DNA of 64,000 nucleotides, from IMG/VR virus record IMGVR_UViG_3300013117_000371; one strand, written 5' to 3'. This stretch comes from a virus. The notes beneath the pieces were generated by a model. The model was not told the DNA's origin. It did no database searches and was given only the letters and a program-made list of their open reading frames with translations. This document shows positions 8,248-19,600 of the stretch, piece by piece (the stretch's first letter is position 1; each line of letters starts with the position of its first letter). The position numbers were made by a program, and so were the translations under genes.

Positions 8248-9039
8248 CTAGACATTCTCCATGCAGACAGTAAGGACCTTGTCTGCCCCCGCAGCAGCGC
8301 TGTCGAGTCTGTACCACCCGGCGTGGGGGTTGACCAAGCGGATGTTCCCCATTACGTCTTCAAGCATGTCCATGGCGTAACTCCCCTCTGCTACGGGATT
8401 CGCCGCCAGGATGAGTGCCTTCCCCGCCGGCCACTGCTCCCAGTCTGCGGCGACGTTGGGGAGGAGCACCGCATCCCCCACCGCCAGGCTCAACCAGTCG
8501 CCGTGGTACCTGTGCACCTCGATGTTGGCGTTGTGGGTGAATGGTAGTTCGATGGTGACCTTGGCTTTGCCGGGGGGGACGTAGAAGGGGAAGGACCGAT
8601 TCCTCGCTGCCACAGGGGCGCCGGTGGCCATGAGCCACGCTACCTCCTGCCTGAATACCTCCGTCTCCCGCTCAATGGCGTCGTCCATCCGCACGTAGAG
8701 TACCGGTGTCCCCCGCTCAAACGCCACGGCCTGGACATCCACCGGCAGAATGGGCGGAGAGAAGACCTGGATGACCTGCGTAGCCAAGGTGTTGATCCAC
8801 TCGTCCAGGACCAAGGTCTCCTGCGCCGGCGTGACCACCCGAGCGGCCTTGCCGGTGGTGAGGTCCCGAACGATACATCCGGCGACGACCCCGTCGTCCA
8901 GGAAAGTAGCCCCCGTGACCGTGACCGTCTTGGTGCCGGCGTTCACCGCTGTAACCGCTGCGCGGGCCAACTGCTTGCCCCGCACCCGGTCACGAAAGTC
9001 GCCGAAATTGGCACATTGAATCTCGCTAAGTCGTTTCAT
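8248..9039 (-). CDS. putative virion structural protein
   Basis: 263-aa beta-rich ORF in the structural operon. Confidence 0.6.
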   Translation of the reverse strand: MKRLSEIQCANFGDFRDRVRGKQLARAAVTAVNAGTKTVTVTGATFLDDGVVAGCIVRDLTTGKAARVVTPAQETLVLDEWINTLATQVIQVFSPPILPVDVQAVAFERGTPVLYVRMDDAIERETEVFRQEVAWLMATGAPVAARNRSFPFYVPPGKAKVTIELPFTHNANIEVHRYHGDWLSLAVGDAVLLPNVAADWEQWPAGKALILAANPVAEGSYAMDMLEDVMGNIRLVNPHAGWYRLDSAAAGADKVLTVCMENV

Positions 9040-9503
9040 CCCATTCTCCTAGTTTGGTGCTGCCGCTTCCGCAACGCTGCCAGGGCGCGATGCCTCCTGA
9101 TGACCTGAGGAAGAGGCATGGGCTCATCTAGCAACAAGCGCAAACCATTGGCTGCGAATTTGTCCAAGTACTGCTTCGCCATCATCACCGGCCGCTCCTC
9201 GAAAGAAATGGCGAGGAACCAAGACGACGCTTCCATCGTCCAGTCCAGGTAGAAAGGCAACTGCGTGGGGCCCACCGACCGCAGCAACGCCTGCTCCGCC
9301 GTCAACGGGAACGGAATGTCCTGCTCCGCGTAGAACTGAAAAATACCCCACCTCTTCTGCAACTTGTATCGCACCAGGAACGGTAGGGTGGTGAGGACAT
9401 GGAAGTCTTTCGCCGTCAAGTCCCTGATGAGGTACTCGTCCTTATTGAACAAAGGGAGCCTGTTGAACGCCTCAGGGGCTGCTCTCTGCGTCTTCTTTAG
9501 CAC
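9036..9503 (-). CDS. hypothetical protein
   Basis: Start reassigned to GTG at 9503 behind GGAGG. Confidence 0.6.
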   Translation of the reverse strand: MLKKTQRAAPEAFNRLPLFNKDEYLIRDLTAKDFHVLTTLPFLVRYKLQKRWGIFQFYAEQDIPFPLTAEQALLRSVGPTQLPFYLDWTMEASSWFLAISFEERPVMMAKQYLDKFAANGLRLLLDEPMPLPQVIRRHRALAALRKRQHQTRRMG

Positions 9504-10332
9504 GTTGGGCCTCCGTAATGTCTGCCAGCATGGCAATGCCGCGAGTGAGCCCGGATATGGACTCGAGTTCAGTATAGGGCACCGCTTCGATCCGCTCCCG
9601 CGTGGGCTTGACCAGCTGTACCCGGGCAATGAGTTTGCGTATCACATCCATTGGGCCCAGTTGCTCATTGGCCGCAGTGAAGATGTGCATCCACCGCTTC
9701 GCCGCCGCCGAGCCGGCGATCGCATCCCGGGTGACCACCGCCTCCCGGTACTTGGCCGCCGCCGCTGCCCGCATGAACTTCAACTCCTCCTCCTTGTCGA
9801 TGTCCACTACCGCTCCGGAGTAGAGCAGGGCCACCTGATGCCCCATGCTGTAAAGGACTCGGTAAGTAGTCCCCGCCCGATGTAGCTCAAACAGCATGTC
9901 CAGTTCCCATCTGGAGAGGGACTTCAAGTCCCAAACCAGGTGGGAGTACATCCGGATAACCGACTCGGGGATGACCTTGCGGTGCAGCTCCATGACAGCG
10001 TTGCTGACCAACTGGTGATTGCCGTCTGCGGCGAGCAGGGACTCCACCGCAAACCGGAGCTCCCCCGAGTCCACAACGGCGCGGACCGTGCCGCACATGG
10101 CATCGTCGTGCCATACCCTGGACAAGAGGTTGTTGGCCACGAAATTGCTGACCGTTCGATCGTTGGTCAGGGGCTGTTGCACCCTTACATACAGGTCCTT
10201 AACATACCTCTCCAAGGCCTCTGACGGGTCGGTCTCCACGTACCCCAACTGCGCCAGGACGCGTAGGACATACTTCTGCGTCATCCCCTTCAGGAATAGG
10301 AGCAGAAGGTACCGTTCGCAGGGCAACTTCAT
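9472..10332 (-). CDS. hypothetical protein
   Basis: 286-aa helical ORF, ATGA-type coupling to upstream gene. Confidence 0.75.
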   Translation of the reverse strand: MKLPCERYLLLLFLKGMTQKYVLRVLAQLGYVETDPSEALERYVKDLYVRVQQPLTNDRTVSNFVANNLLSRVWHDDAMCGTVRAVVDSGELRFAVESLLAADGNHQLVSNAVMELHRKVIPESVIRMYSHLVWDLKSLSRWELDMLFELHRAGTTYRVLYSMGHQVALLYSGAVVDIDKEEELKFMRAAAAAKYREAVVTRDAIAGSAAAKRWMHIFTAANEQLGPMDVIRKLIARVQLVKPTRERIEAVPYTELESISGLTRGIAMLADITEAQRAKEDAESSP

Positions 10333-12299
10333 GCTTGGCCGGCCCCCATACTATCCAGCTGGGTCAACTGGTCGGCTACCTTCTGCACGTTCTTGGTCGC
10401 CAAGAACGCGGTATCGGGGTCGACCGGCTCTAGCCCGATCTGCGCCGCCAAGGTGAGCTTGGCTAAGCTGTCAGCCAAAGCATACAAGGCAGGCAGCTGC
10501 TTGACAAACATGTCCAAAGTCTCACTCCCCATCAACTGGAGGGCCATCAGCTCGTCCTGCTGCTGGGGAAGCGCCGCCGCCAACTTGAGGAAACCCAAGT
10601 CCACGTCGTACTCAGTGTTCACCGTAGCCAAAGTCCTGGTCACCAGGAGGTCCTGCGGCCCCCTCCTGGAAGCCGCCACCTTCTGTAAAGCAGTGGGCTC
10701 GCCCACCCCCAGGGCCCCCAGGATGAACACAGCGTCGGGCAGGGATACAGCCTGCTTCTCCAGCGGCTCCCCTTCCCACTCGGCGTGCTCCACAGGCATT
10801 CCGGAAAGCGAGTAACCCAAGTGGTTCCTGGTCACGGTCACCCGCCTGGTGGGGAAGGAGCGGGACGCTACCTTCTCCAGGCTCATGTCGAAGTAGGACG
10901 CATCCTCCGTTACAAAGAATACCTGGGCGTCCTTGGGCAGGTACAATCGCCCGCTAAGCAGCAGCGGCTTCACCACCGTGGAGGAAATAACCACATCGGC
11001 CGCTTGCTCCGGGTGGTCCATGATCGAGTGCGTGGAAAAGTGGCGGCCCAGGTAAACCCGTCCCTTCTTGATCACGCCCAGCGGGCGGTAGATGGTGTTC
11101 TTTCCGGCAACCACCACCATCTTCTTGCCGGGGTGCCGCCACATGTCCTCCACCGAAGTCATCTTGATCGCCGGAGCCCGCCCTTTTACGTACTTGGTGG
11201 TGGGGTGCTCAGTCAACCTGTAAATCACCCCCTTGCTGGAGGTCGCCACGAGCCGTTCGGGGTCGTCGTCGCCCCACCCGATTTGCTTGAGCACCCGCAT
11301 GTTGAACTTGTTGCCGTTCTGGGAAGCTTTGATGCCCATCCCAGGCCTCAACTCACCTCGTTCGTACAGCGTCACAGTCCTTGCGGCCTGCTTCTCCAAC
11401 TCGAACACGCCGGGGTCCCTGACGATGGTGGCGAAGGGCTTACGGGAGAAGGCGTCCATCACCGCAGCCGGCACTTTACCTACCGGCAACTCCCGCACGG
11501 CGGGGCGGAAATCGCCGGCGTACGCTGTTTTCTCCATCACCCCAAACGGCACCCGCTCAAACTGCACTACCTCCTCCGGCACGGCGAGCAAGTCGCTCAC
11601 TTTGCGGCCGAAAGGGGTACCACTGAGGTAATCCAACAAGGACGCTTGCTTGGGGAGCTCCCCCAACACGGCCCGGCGGGAGTTGTTGGCCGAGTTGTCG
11701 ATGTTGCCGCCGTCCGGGCCCTTGGCGATGTTCTCCTGGTCCGGGGCGGTCTGCTGAGTCGGCATCAATTTCTTATTGGAGGAGGCGCCGATCACCGGCG
11801 CCGGCGCCCCAACCAGGTGGGAAAAGCCCATCTCCGTAGTAGGTATGGCGTAGTACTCACCGTCTATGGCGACCGCCACAGGGGGCTCCAGGGTGCCGTC
11901 GTTCACCACGAAGGGCACCGCCACGTTGCGCTGCTGGGGAGTAGCAATCATCACGCTGCCGACAATGATGTTCCCCTCGTCCTTGTCAATGCGGGGCTCC
12001 ATAGGCAACTGCGAGAGGTAGTCGAACTCGTTGACCACGGCCTCCAACGCTGCGGCCATGACAGCGTTGTGGTCCCGCATGTTCAGCGTCATCCGGCGGT
12101 TGGGGAAGGCGCCGACCTTGGGGCCTACCCATGGTTGCTGCCCCTGCTGGTGTTGGGGAACACCCGCCTGGCCCGGGGGTACCAGGCCAGCGTCCATAGG
12201 CGGCGAGGCGGGGGCCGCCAGGTCCGCCGAAGGCTGCGGTTGCTGCACGTCGGCCCTCTTCTCCATCCCCGGGTTCAGTTCCTCGAATACATGCTCCAT
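10329..12299 (-). CDS. large putative head/prohead protein with many (E)KxA motifs
   Basis: MEKRA, PKQA, MEKTA, LEKQA, LEKVA, LEKQA, QKVA, LKLA, QKVA; Q/P-rich N-terminus. Confidence 0.65.
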   Translation of the reverse strand: MEHVFEELNPGMEKRADVQQPQPSADLAAPASPPMDAGLVPPGQAGVPQHQQGQQPWVGPKVGAFPNRRMTLNMRDHNAVMAAALEAVVNEFDYLSQLPMEPRIDKDEGNIIVGSVMIATPQQRNVAVPFVVNDGTLEPPVAVAIDGEYYAIPTTEMGFSHLVGAPAPVIGASSNKKLMPTQQTAPDQENIAKGPDGGNIDNSANNSRRAVLGELPKQASLLDYLSGTPFGRKVSDLLAVPEEVVQFERVPFGVMEKTAYAGDFRPAVRELPVGKVPAAVMDAFSRKPFATIVRDPGVFELEKQAARTVTLYERGELRPGMGIKASQNGNKFNMRVLKQIGWGDDDPERLVATSSKGVIYRLTEHPTTKYVKGRAPAIKMTSVEDMWRHPGKKMVVVAGKNTIYRPLGVIKKGRVYLGRHFSTHSIMDHPEQAADVVISSTVVKPLLLSGRLYLPKDAQVFFVTEDASYFDMSLEKVASRSFPTRRVTVTRNHLGYSLSGMPVEHAEWEGEPLEKQAVSLPDAVFILGALGVGEPTALQKVAASRRGPQDLLVTRTLATVNTEYDVDLGFLKLAAALPQQQDELMALQLMGSETLDMFVKQLPALYALADSLAKLTLAAQIGLEPVDPDTAFLATKNVQKVADQLTQLDSMGAGQA

Positions 12300-12308
12300 C
12301 TGTCTACC

Positions 12309-12617
12309 TCATTTGATCCGGCCGGTTCCCTGTACTTCCCCCGTGAGAGGAGGCACGATCGCCTTCAACCCGGGAGAAGGAAACCAGACGAGGGCCAACG
12401 CTAACTGCTCCAGGACTACTTTTGCCACCCCTTCGGCAATTGCATCAACCAGGTCCATATTCATTTCCGAAGCTACCGGCGCGCCCGGCTTGACGTCCAG
12501 GGATTGCCCCTGCGCTGTGATATCGACAGTGGGTACGGTGGGGACACTGGCTTGATACGCAGCAACGATGGCGGCGGAAATCTTGCCCTTGAAAACAGCC
12601 GGGTCGTCTAACGGCAT
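12309..12617 (-). CDS. small putative baseplate protein
   Basis: 102-aa ORF directly downstream of the spike-like gene; GGAGG RBS. Confidence 0.55.
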   Translation of the reverse strand: MPLDDPAVFKGKISAAIVAAYQASVPTVPTVDITAQGQSLDVKPGAPVASEMNMDLVDAIAEGVAKVVLEQLALALVWFPSPGLKAIVPPLTGEVQGTGRIK

Positions 12618-12680
12618 GTGCGAGTCCTCCGGGTGTACCTCGAGGTAATCATAGCAATGACCGGGCTACTTTACAAGAGG

Positions 12681-13655
12681 TTACACCTGCACTTTGAAAT
12701 TCAGCACACCAGGGAAGGTCAACAAACAGGAGGGGTTGATCGTCCCGGCCGGGGTGACCAGAAAGTCGGTTGTCAACCACTGCATGAACTTGACCCCGTC
12801 AATGACGAACCCGTCCTCCTCAGTCAGTATCAGCCGCTGCGTATCGAAACGAATTTCAGGCGCCTCAAAGGTCACCGAGAGCTTGGCGTACCAGTACACG
12901 GTCTTCAAGGTGTTAATATCTACCGCCTCAGTCTCCAGCGTCATGGAGTCCTTAAAGGTGCCGAAAGTGTGTCCTTCTACATCGGTGTAGCTGTCCCCCT
13001 TGACCGAAACCCCCCGCGTCTGGGCCTCCTCCGAGTAACTGCCGTCAGCCGCAATTTCGGCGTGGAAAGCCCCGCACACGACGCTCGAGTACACGGCTCC
13101 CCCCTCCCCTGCCCAGTCCTTGACTCCGAAGTCCTTGCCGGTGCTCCCAAACCGCATGTGGAGGGTAGACTCACCTAAGTCGTGACCAACCACGAAGTCC
13201 AACACCGCATCCTTCCAGGACATCTTCCCCTGCGGCGTAACCAGCTCGTAATTGCTGGTGAGGATCTGCACTAAGTCCTGACTGGGCACTAAGTAAATGG
13301 ACGCGGTGGCTTTGCTATACAACTCGATACGCCCGTTCTTGCGGAGCACTATGCGACTGCCCAGGGGGAGCACCCACCCATGGTCGCCGGGATCAAGGTC
13401 AGTGTTCATCGTGCCTTCATGGTCCCGCGGCTGCAGCAGGAACCATTGCTCAGCTGACTCGGAAGTCCTCAACGCCAACCAAGGCTCGCCCTCTTCCGGC
13501 ATGGCTCCGGAGGCCTTCCCCCCCTTGAACGCATTGAGGCGCACATCCGGGATGATAACCGGGTCCTTGGCCGTGCCGTAGTCCAAACGGACAGTGGCCA
13601 GCTTATTCTCCGGGTCCACCGAAACAATAGTGACTTCTCTTATTTCTGCAGCCAT
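12681..13655 (-). CDS. baseplate hub/spike protein (gpV/gp5-like OB-fold plus beta repeats)
   Basis: TIVSVDPENKLATVRLD N-terminus; P.EGE..L motif; C-terminal V.GD...V.G repeats. Confidence 0.6.
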   Translation of the reverse strand: MAAEIREVTIVSVDPENKLATVRLDYGTAKDPVIIPDVRLNAFKGGKASGAMPEEGEPWLALRTSESAEQWFLLQPRDHEGTMNTDLDPGDHGWVLPLGSRIVLRKNGRIELYSKATASIYLVPSQDLVQILTSNYELVTPQGKMSWKDAVLDFVVGHDLGESTLHMRFGSTGKDFGVKDWAGEGGAVYSSVVCGAFHAEIAADGSYSEEAQTRGVSVKGDSYTDVEGHTFGTFKDSMTLETEAVDINTLKTVYWYAKLSVTFEAPEIRFDTQRLILTEEDGFVIDGVKFMQWLTTDFLVTPAGTINPSCLLTFPGVLNFKVQV

Positions 13656-13663
13656 TGGAAACC

Positions 13664-16600
13664 TCAGTACCCGGGCCTACCTTCTCGCTTGGGCTTGCCG
13701 AACTCCGCCCCGCTCAACCAGGCAGGGACAGGGTGCAGCCCATGAACTTCAGCCCTCTCCCCGGTCGCCCCGGCCCTGATGAGGGTCTGTTTGACGCCCC
13801 GATAACCGAGGGACTCCAACCAGGTATCTCGATGCTGCGGCAACGCCGTCACCCCCTTCAACACAGGAGTTACCCTCAACGAGTTGTCGTGGGAGCGATT
13901 CCAAGCCCGGGCTTGGTAGTAGGGGATATACTCCCCCTTGATCTTATTGGAAGAGCCGGGGTCGTCCACCACCGCTAAGTTGGTAACGGCCCTGACCAAC
14001 ACTTCCACGTTCCGGGGGTCGATGCCATACTTGCCGTAGACAGCCATCAAGCTGTCCGCCATCGACCGCTGAGCGGCTGGTAAGCTCTTGGTCACGGCAA
14101 GCACCTCCCTCGGGTCCACCAAACCGGTAGTGAGGGCCTCCCCCAACTTCACGGACTGACCCCGTTTGACCACAACCGCGCGGCCCACCGGAGCGAAGTA
14201 CTTCCCCTTCCCTTTACTCCCCGTTACATGCACGTATGTGCCGTCGGGGACCTTCTCAACCGAGGCCACCTTCCCCGCCAAATGGGAAAGAGTGGCCTTA
14301 CCAGGCAAGTTCTGGGGCAAACGGAGAAGGTTGGTAACCTGGTCCAGGGGGGGGAGCTCCCCGAAGCCGCCGAGGTGAAAGCTGCGAAGCGTCAATTGGG
14401 TTCCCCGCTCCCCCAGGGCCTGGGCGGCCTTGATACCGACGTTGTCCCCCAACTGGGCCGGCCCATGCTCAGTCTGCCCGAAACACCTGGCGCAGATCCC
14501 TTCCCCGTTGCGGCAGCTCAGGGGGGAACGTACCCTTACCTGCTTTACTCCCTTGCGCCGGAAAATATCTACCTCGGCTGGAGTGATGATAGTGCCTGCT
14601 CTGACCCCCGCGGTGCTTTCCCCCAGCACTCTGTCCACGGCATCGGACACCGGGCGTACGCTGCCGGTGCTCCCACAATCACGGGTGGCGATGACCGAGC
14701 TCATGGTGGCGGCCAACATCTGCTTGGTGATGTCTCCAGGGATGCGTACGGACCGCACGGACTGCACCACTGCTTTGCGGGCCGTCGGCGCCGTGGACCA
14801 GTAGTCCATACTGTTCATTCCCTCGGCGTACCCCCTCCTCACCGGCACGAGGTTGCCCTCCCCCCAGTCTCCAAACAGGGGAGAAAGCAGCATTTGCTGC
14901 AAATTTGCCTTGGCCGGTTTCAACCCCGCCCGATTCATCCGGGTAAACGTGCTCCCGGGGGGGTATTGCTGTCTCTCCAGGGCTCTTCCCACGTCCCGCA
15001 CAGCTTTTTCCTTGTTTTTCGCCCCCTCCAACTGCCTCAAGTACCTCCGGCGCTCAGCCCTCAATGGCGTCAAATCCCCCAAGGACACCGACAGGCCTGA
15101 ACGGTAGGAGTATTCGAAGCCCAAATTCTTCAAGCCGTCCATGACCGCCCCGTAACGGGCGGGCGAGACCACCCCCAAGGTCTCTGCGAGGGCTTGGAGG
15201 CGCTTTTTGTCCAACTGGGGAGCGCCAACAGCCAAAAAACTCGCCATTTCGGGAGGTAAGAGGCCTTGAATCATGCTCCGGCCGAGGGTGGTCTCCTTCC
15301 CTGCCACCCGAATGCGGTCCGTGACCCCGATCTCCCCTCTTTTTTGGGCAGCAATGGCCTTTTTGAGGTCCCCGAAGCCCTTTTTTGCCTTTTTTCCCCT
15401 CACCGCAGTCATGTCGAAAAGCCCCATCAGCGCTTCATGGGTCGGAGTGTACAGGTAATCGCCGCTGGAGGGACTCCTGAGCAGCCTCGAGGGCATGCTG
15501 CGCTTGGCTTCGATGACCGCTTCGTCGGAAACGGGGACGAAGAGAGAGCAGGTGTCCCCGTCGAAGTCCGCGTTGTACACGCTGGTCACCAGGGGGTGTA
15601 ATTCAATGACGTTTTCGTTGGTCGGGCGGGGAAAGAAGGCCATAACGCCGAACTTGTGAAGCACCGGGTCCCGCTTCAGCCACACCGGGCGGTCAGCAAT
15701 AGCCCGTTTCAGGGCGGCTTCAACCAGGGGGTCCTCAGGACGGTCCTCGGTGAGCTTCTTAGCTACCAAAGGGGTTAATCCCAAAGTAGCAAGCTCTCGG
15801 ACAATGAAGGGCTGGTACATCTCCCGCAGCATCTCCCGCGGAACTCCTACCTCATCCAGGTGCAAACCGGGCCCGGGGACAATCACGGCTCTCCCGGACA
15901 AGTCCTGCCGACGCCGCATGATGTTGCGGTGGACCATGCCCAACTTCACCGAGCCGGTCCCGTGCAGCTGCTGAAAGATGCCCTTGGCTTCCCTGTAGTG
16001 TTCCGTCTTGCCTAAACCGAACAGGGCGGCTACGTCGGCGTAAAGCTTACCCCGGGCGTTTCTCCCCTCCTCGAAAGCCATGAGCTCAGGGGTTTCCTTT
16101 TTCAACCCCTTAAGTGAGTTGCCAGTGGCAATAAGGTCGCCGTACAGGAGGTTCAGGTCCGAAATAATCAGCCGCCCCTTCATAGAGGTAACCGGCCGAA
16201 AGACCGGGGGTATCACAGGGACGTTGCGGAGCATGTATACGTCCGCTCCCTCGCCCAGCTCATCCAGAGCCCGGAGGAACCTCTGACGTAGGGGGTCGCC
16301 TCCCTTGCTCAGCTCCTTTCGGACGTCCAATTCCCTAAGGGCCTTACCTAACGTGGTGTTGCCCGGCCCATCTACCGCCGTGTACTTCCCGTCCTCGTAC
16401 TGAAGGCCCTTTTGCCCGCTGCCCACAGCGATAACGTGCGCACGGGTCAAGCCCAAGATCTTGGAGATGGGGGAAATGAACACTGGGTTGGGGACTTCGT
16501 AAGGGAGACGAATATGGCCCCAGCCCGAGCCGTCCAAACCACCCGTAATCTTCGAGTCGAAGAGCTCCCCCGCCTTTGCCTTGCCGGTCTTGCCGGAGAA

Positions 16601-19600
16601 CATGGTGGGCTTGGTCAATTCACCGTTGGAACGAGCCAGGATCTCCTTATTGGTCATGGGTAAGAGCCACATCTCGTCCCCTTCCCTCTCCAGCTTCAAC
16701 CCGGCCGCATTCAGGTAGGCTTCGAACTTGTGGTACACCTTGGGGACCCGAGGAGGGGGTAGGGTTTGCCCCAGTTGAATGGCGGTCCACACTGCATCGT
16801 TGTCCTTGTCACCACGATAGCTGAGCACCTCACGCATGTTCTCGCCAGCACCGTGTGCAAGTAGGGCCATGGCCATCCCCCGGTCGGCAGACTGGGCTTT
16901 CCCTACTTCGCCTTCTCCGGCCTCCCCACCTTTTACCGGGGTACCTTCAGCGGAGTACGCGTAGGGGTAGCCGGCACCTCGAGCATTCATCTTGTGCTCG
17001 GCCTGGTGGATGAGCTTCAGCAAGTACTGGTACCCCACCAGGACGTCCCCCACCTTCTTGCCGTCAACGAAGACCTCCTCTGTGTCGGACATCCCGTTCT
17101 TCTTCAGGAGCTCCGCCACTTCCTCAACGAAGTCCCGCTCGTAGCTGTAAGCTTCGATGTGCTTCTTGATCGGCCTGCGCTCCTCCCCCCTCCCAACCCA
17201 GTAGGTGCGCTCATGCGCCGGGACATCAACAATACGGACACCTCCGGAGAAGCTGCTGACCGCAATGGGGTGCCCTTTCTTCTTGGCAACTTTGCCTACC
17301 AGAGTCTCGTACATCTGGGAGGGATTTGTACGCCCCCCGATTCCGACAGGATTAAGCAAGACATCAAGCGGTCTCCCGTCCCTGGTGGTGGGCATCTCCG
17401 AATCCGGTTTGATCTTTCCGCATACGCCCTTGTTGCCATGCCGGCCACTGAGCTTGTCGCCCAGCTTGGCCACCTCTTCCACCGCCACAGCGATGTAGTA
17501 CCCATCCGGCGTCTTCTCCACCTCTTGCACGATTCCGGGGGTCTGCCGATCCCACACCACCGAGGCGTCTCTGAGCGTCTCCATCCCCAACTTCTTGCCC
17601 AGTAGGCGCTCCTCTTTGGACATGGCCTGCTTCTTCACCCCGGCCACCAGGATTTGCCCCTCTCGGACCAAAGTACCTGGCTTTACCACCCCATCCTCCA
17701 ACGTCGCCCGCTCCTCCACCGACAGCGGCCGTACAGTGCGGGAGAACAACGCGGCGTCCACCTCAGCGTCTTCGCTATAGTGCTTCTGCACAATAGCTGT
17801 AGAAGTGAGCTTGGCGGCAAAGGACTCGCTGATGGTGATGGCGTCCTCGAAGTTGAACCCGTCGGCCATGTAGCCTACCCGGGCGTTCACCCCCATGGCG
17901 ATGAGCCCGTCCCGAGTAGTGTTGGCCTCTGTGAGGCGGTCGCCCTTCTTGACCTTGTCCCCCTTCTTCACTACGGGCTCGTGGTGCTCCACCGATCGGC
18001 CGTCGTTCAAGGGGAACATATGGGGGATGAAGACCTTGTGCTTCCGCCCGTCCTCCCCGTTCACCAGAATGCGGTCTTTGTTCACGGAAACCACGGTTCC
18101 GTTCACGGGAGAGCGCATCACCACCATGTCTCCAATTACTCGCTCCACTATTCGACCGTTGTCCGTGGCCGTCAGTACTAGCGGAACCTCCCGGTCCCGC
18201 AAGGCAATAGCGGAAGTCAAATGACGGTACACCATCTCCAAGCGGTTGGGGGAGGTGGCAGTGGCAAACGGGGTGGACAGGGTCACCTCTGAGAAAGTAG
18301 TAGCCGGGTCGATAACGTACTTCACGCTCCCGGCCGGCACTTCGACTACCTTGCCGCCCTTGATGGCCCGTACGTTCCGCCCAGCCTTCTTTGCCTGAGC
18401 ATACTCATCAGTGAGCGCGTACGGGGTATTGAGCAGCTCCCGCACCGTGAACGTGTGGGGCTGGCCCGTCTTCACTTCGCGTACCCTGAGAGCAGGCTCC
18501 CGGTTCTTCACCGTACCACCGATAGAAAGGGGGTACACCGCCCCCGCTTTCTCACTCTCCGGCGTCACCACCGGGTCGATGACGCCCACAAACGTGGGGT
18601 AGACGGAGCGGGCCGCCTCAGTGATGGCGTCGGGGTTGGAGATGCCCCCCTCCCCCATGATGCTGACCCGGCCCACTGCGCCCAATTCCGCATAGGGGTT
18701 GGTCTGCGGCGCCCGGTCGGCCAGGCCGGCGGAGGTGAAAATGCTCCACACCGACTTGTCGTACGGGGAGGACCCACCCATGATAGCCGTCACATCGTCA
18801 CTTTTGGCCATTCGGTACTTGAGCTTCCCGGTCACTCCCGCTCGGCTGATCCGCTCATGCACGAACGCAGGCATGTTCATGAACCAACGGTACTCCAACG
18901 AGTCTCTCCGGTCCGGTGTGTCCTTCCCCCGCACCACGTTCAGCAACTTCCGAGAAGAGAGGAGCATCACCTGGGAGGAGACCTTGGTAGTCTTCAACCC
19001 AATAGTCTTCTCCGGCACTTCAGGAGTGCTCATCTCCATGGCGGAGAACATCTCCCGGACCAACAGGGGGGCCCCGCTCTCGTTGGAGTCCACCCCCGCC
19101 GCTGCCAGCAACCGGACCAACTTGGGCTTAGTCGCTGCATTCTTTTGGAGCACTTCTGCACCCCAGGCGGACCGCATGTCACCGTCATCCACCCCCAAGG
19201 CCTTCATGACATGGTAAAGAGGGACATTGGTGTCCCCGTACTTCAAGGTGTAGAGCTGCCGCTCCGGGCTGTACAGGACCTCAAAGTTCCTCCCCCGGGA
19301 GAGGTTGAAAGAGGCAACGGTATCCCCTGTCTGCTTGCGGTGAATAAACACCCCCGGCTTCAGCCGGTTCTGAGTAATGGGGTAGTACTCACTGTTATTG
19401 ACGATGTAGCTCCACCTGGAAGTAGGCACGGGCACATTCACCAAGCGCAGCCGTTGCTTGTCTACAAGCCTCCCCTCTTCATACAGCGCCACGGTCCCCC
19501 GAATACCTACGCCCCACTTCTTCCCCTGCACCCGAGCAGCTTTCTGGGCGCTGACATCAGTGGGGTCCTTGGGGGTTTCCACCTCTACTTCGGACAGCCG

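Noticed and set aside
10785-12404. 539-aa plus-strand ORF (also 18455-19849, 23289-24587, 26618-27937, 30573-31754, 59480-60643)
   Set aside because: Antisense shadows of well-supported genes, expected in GC-rich DNA; no motifs or RBS
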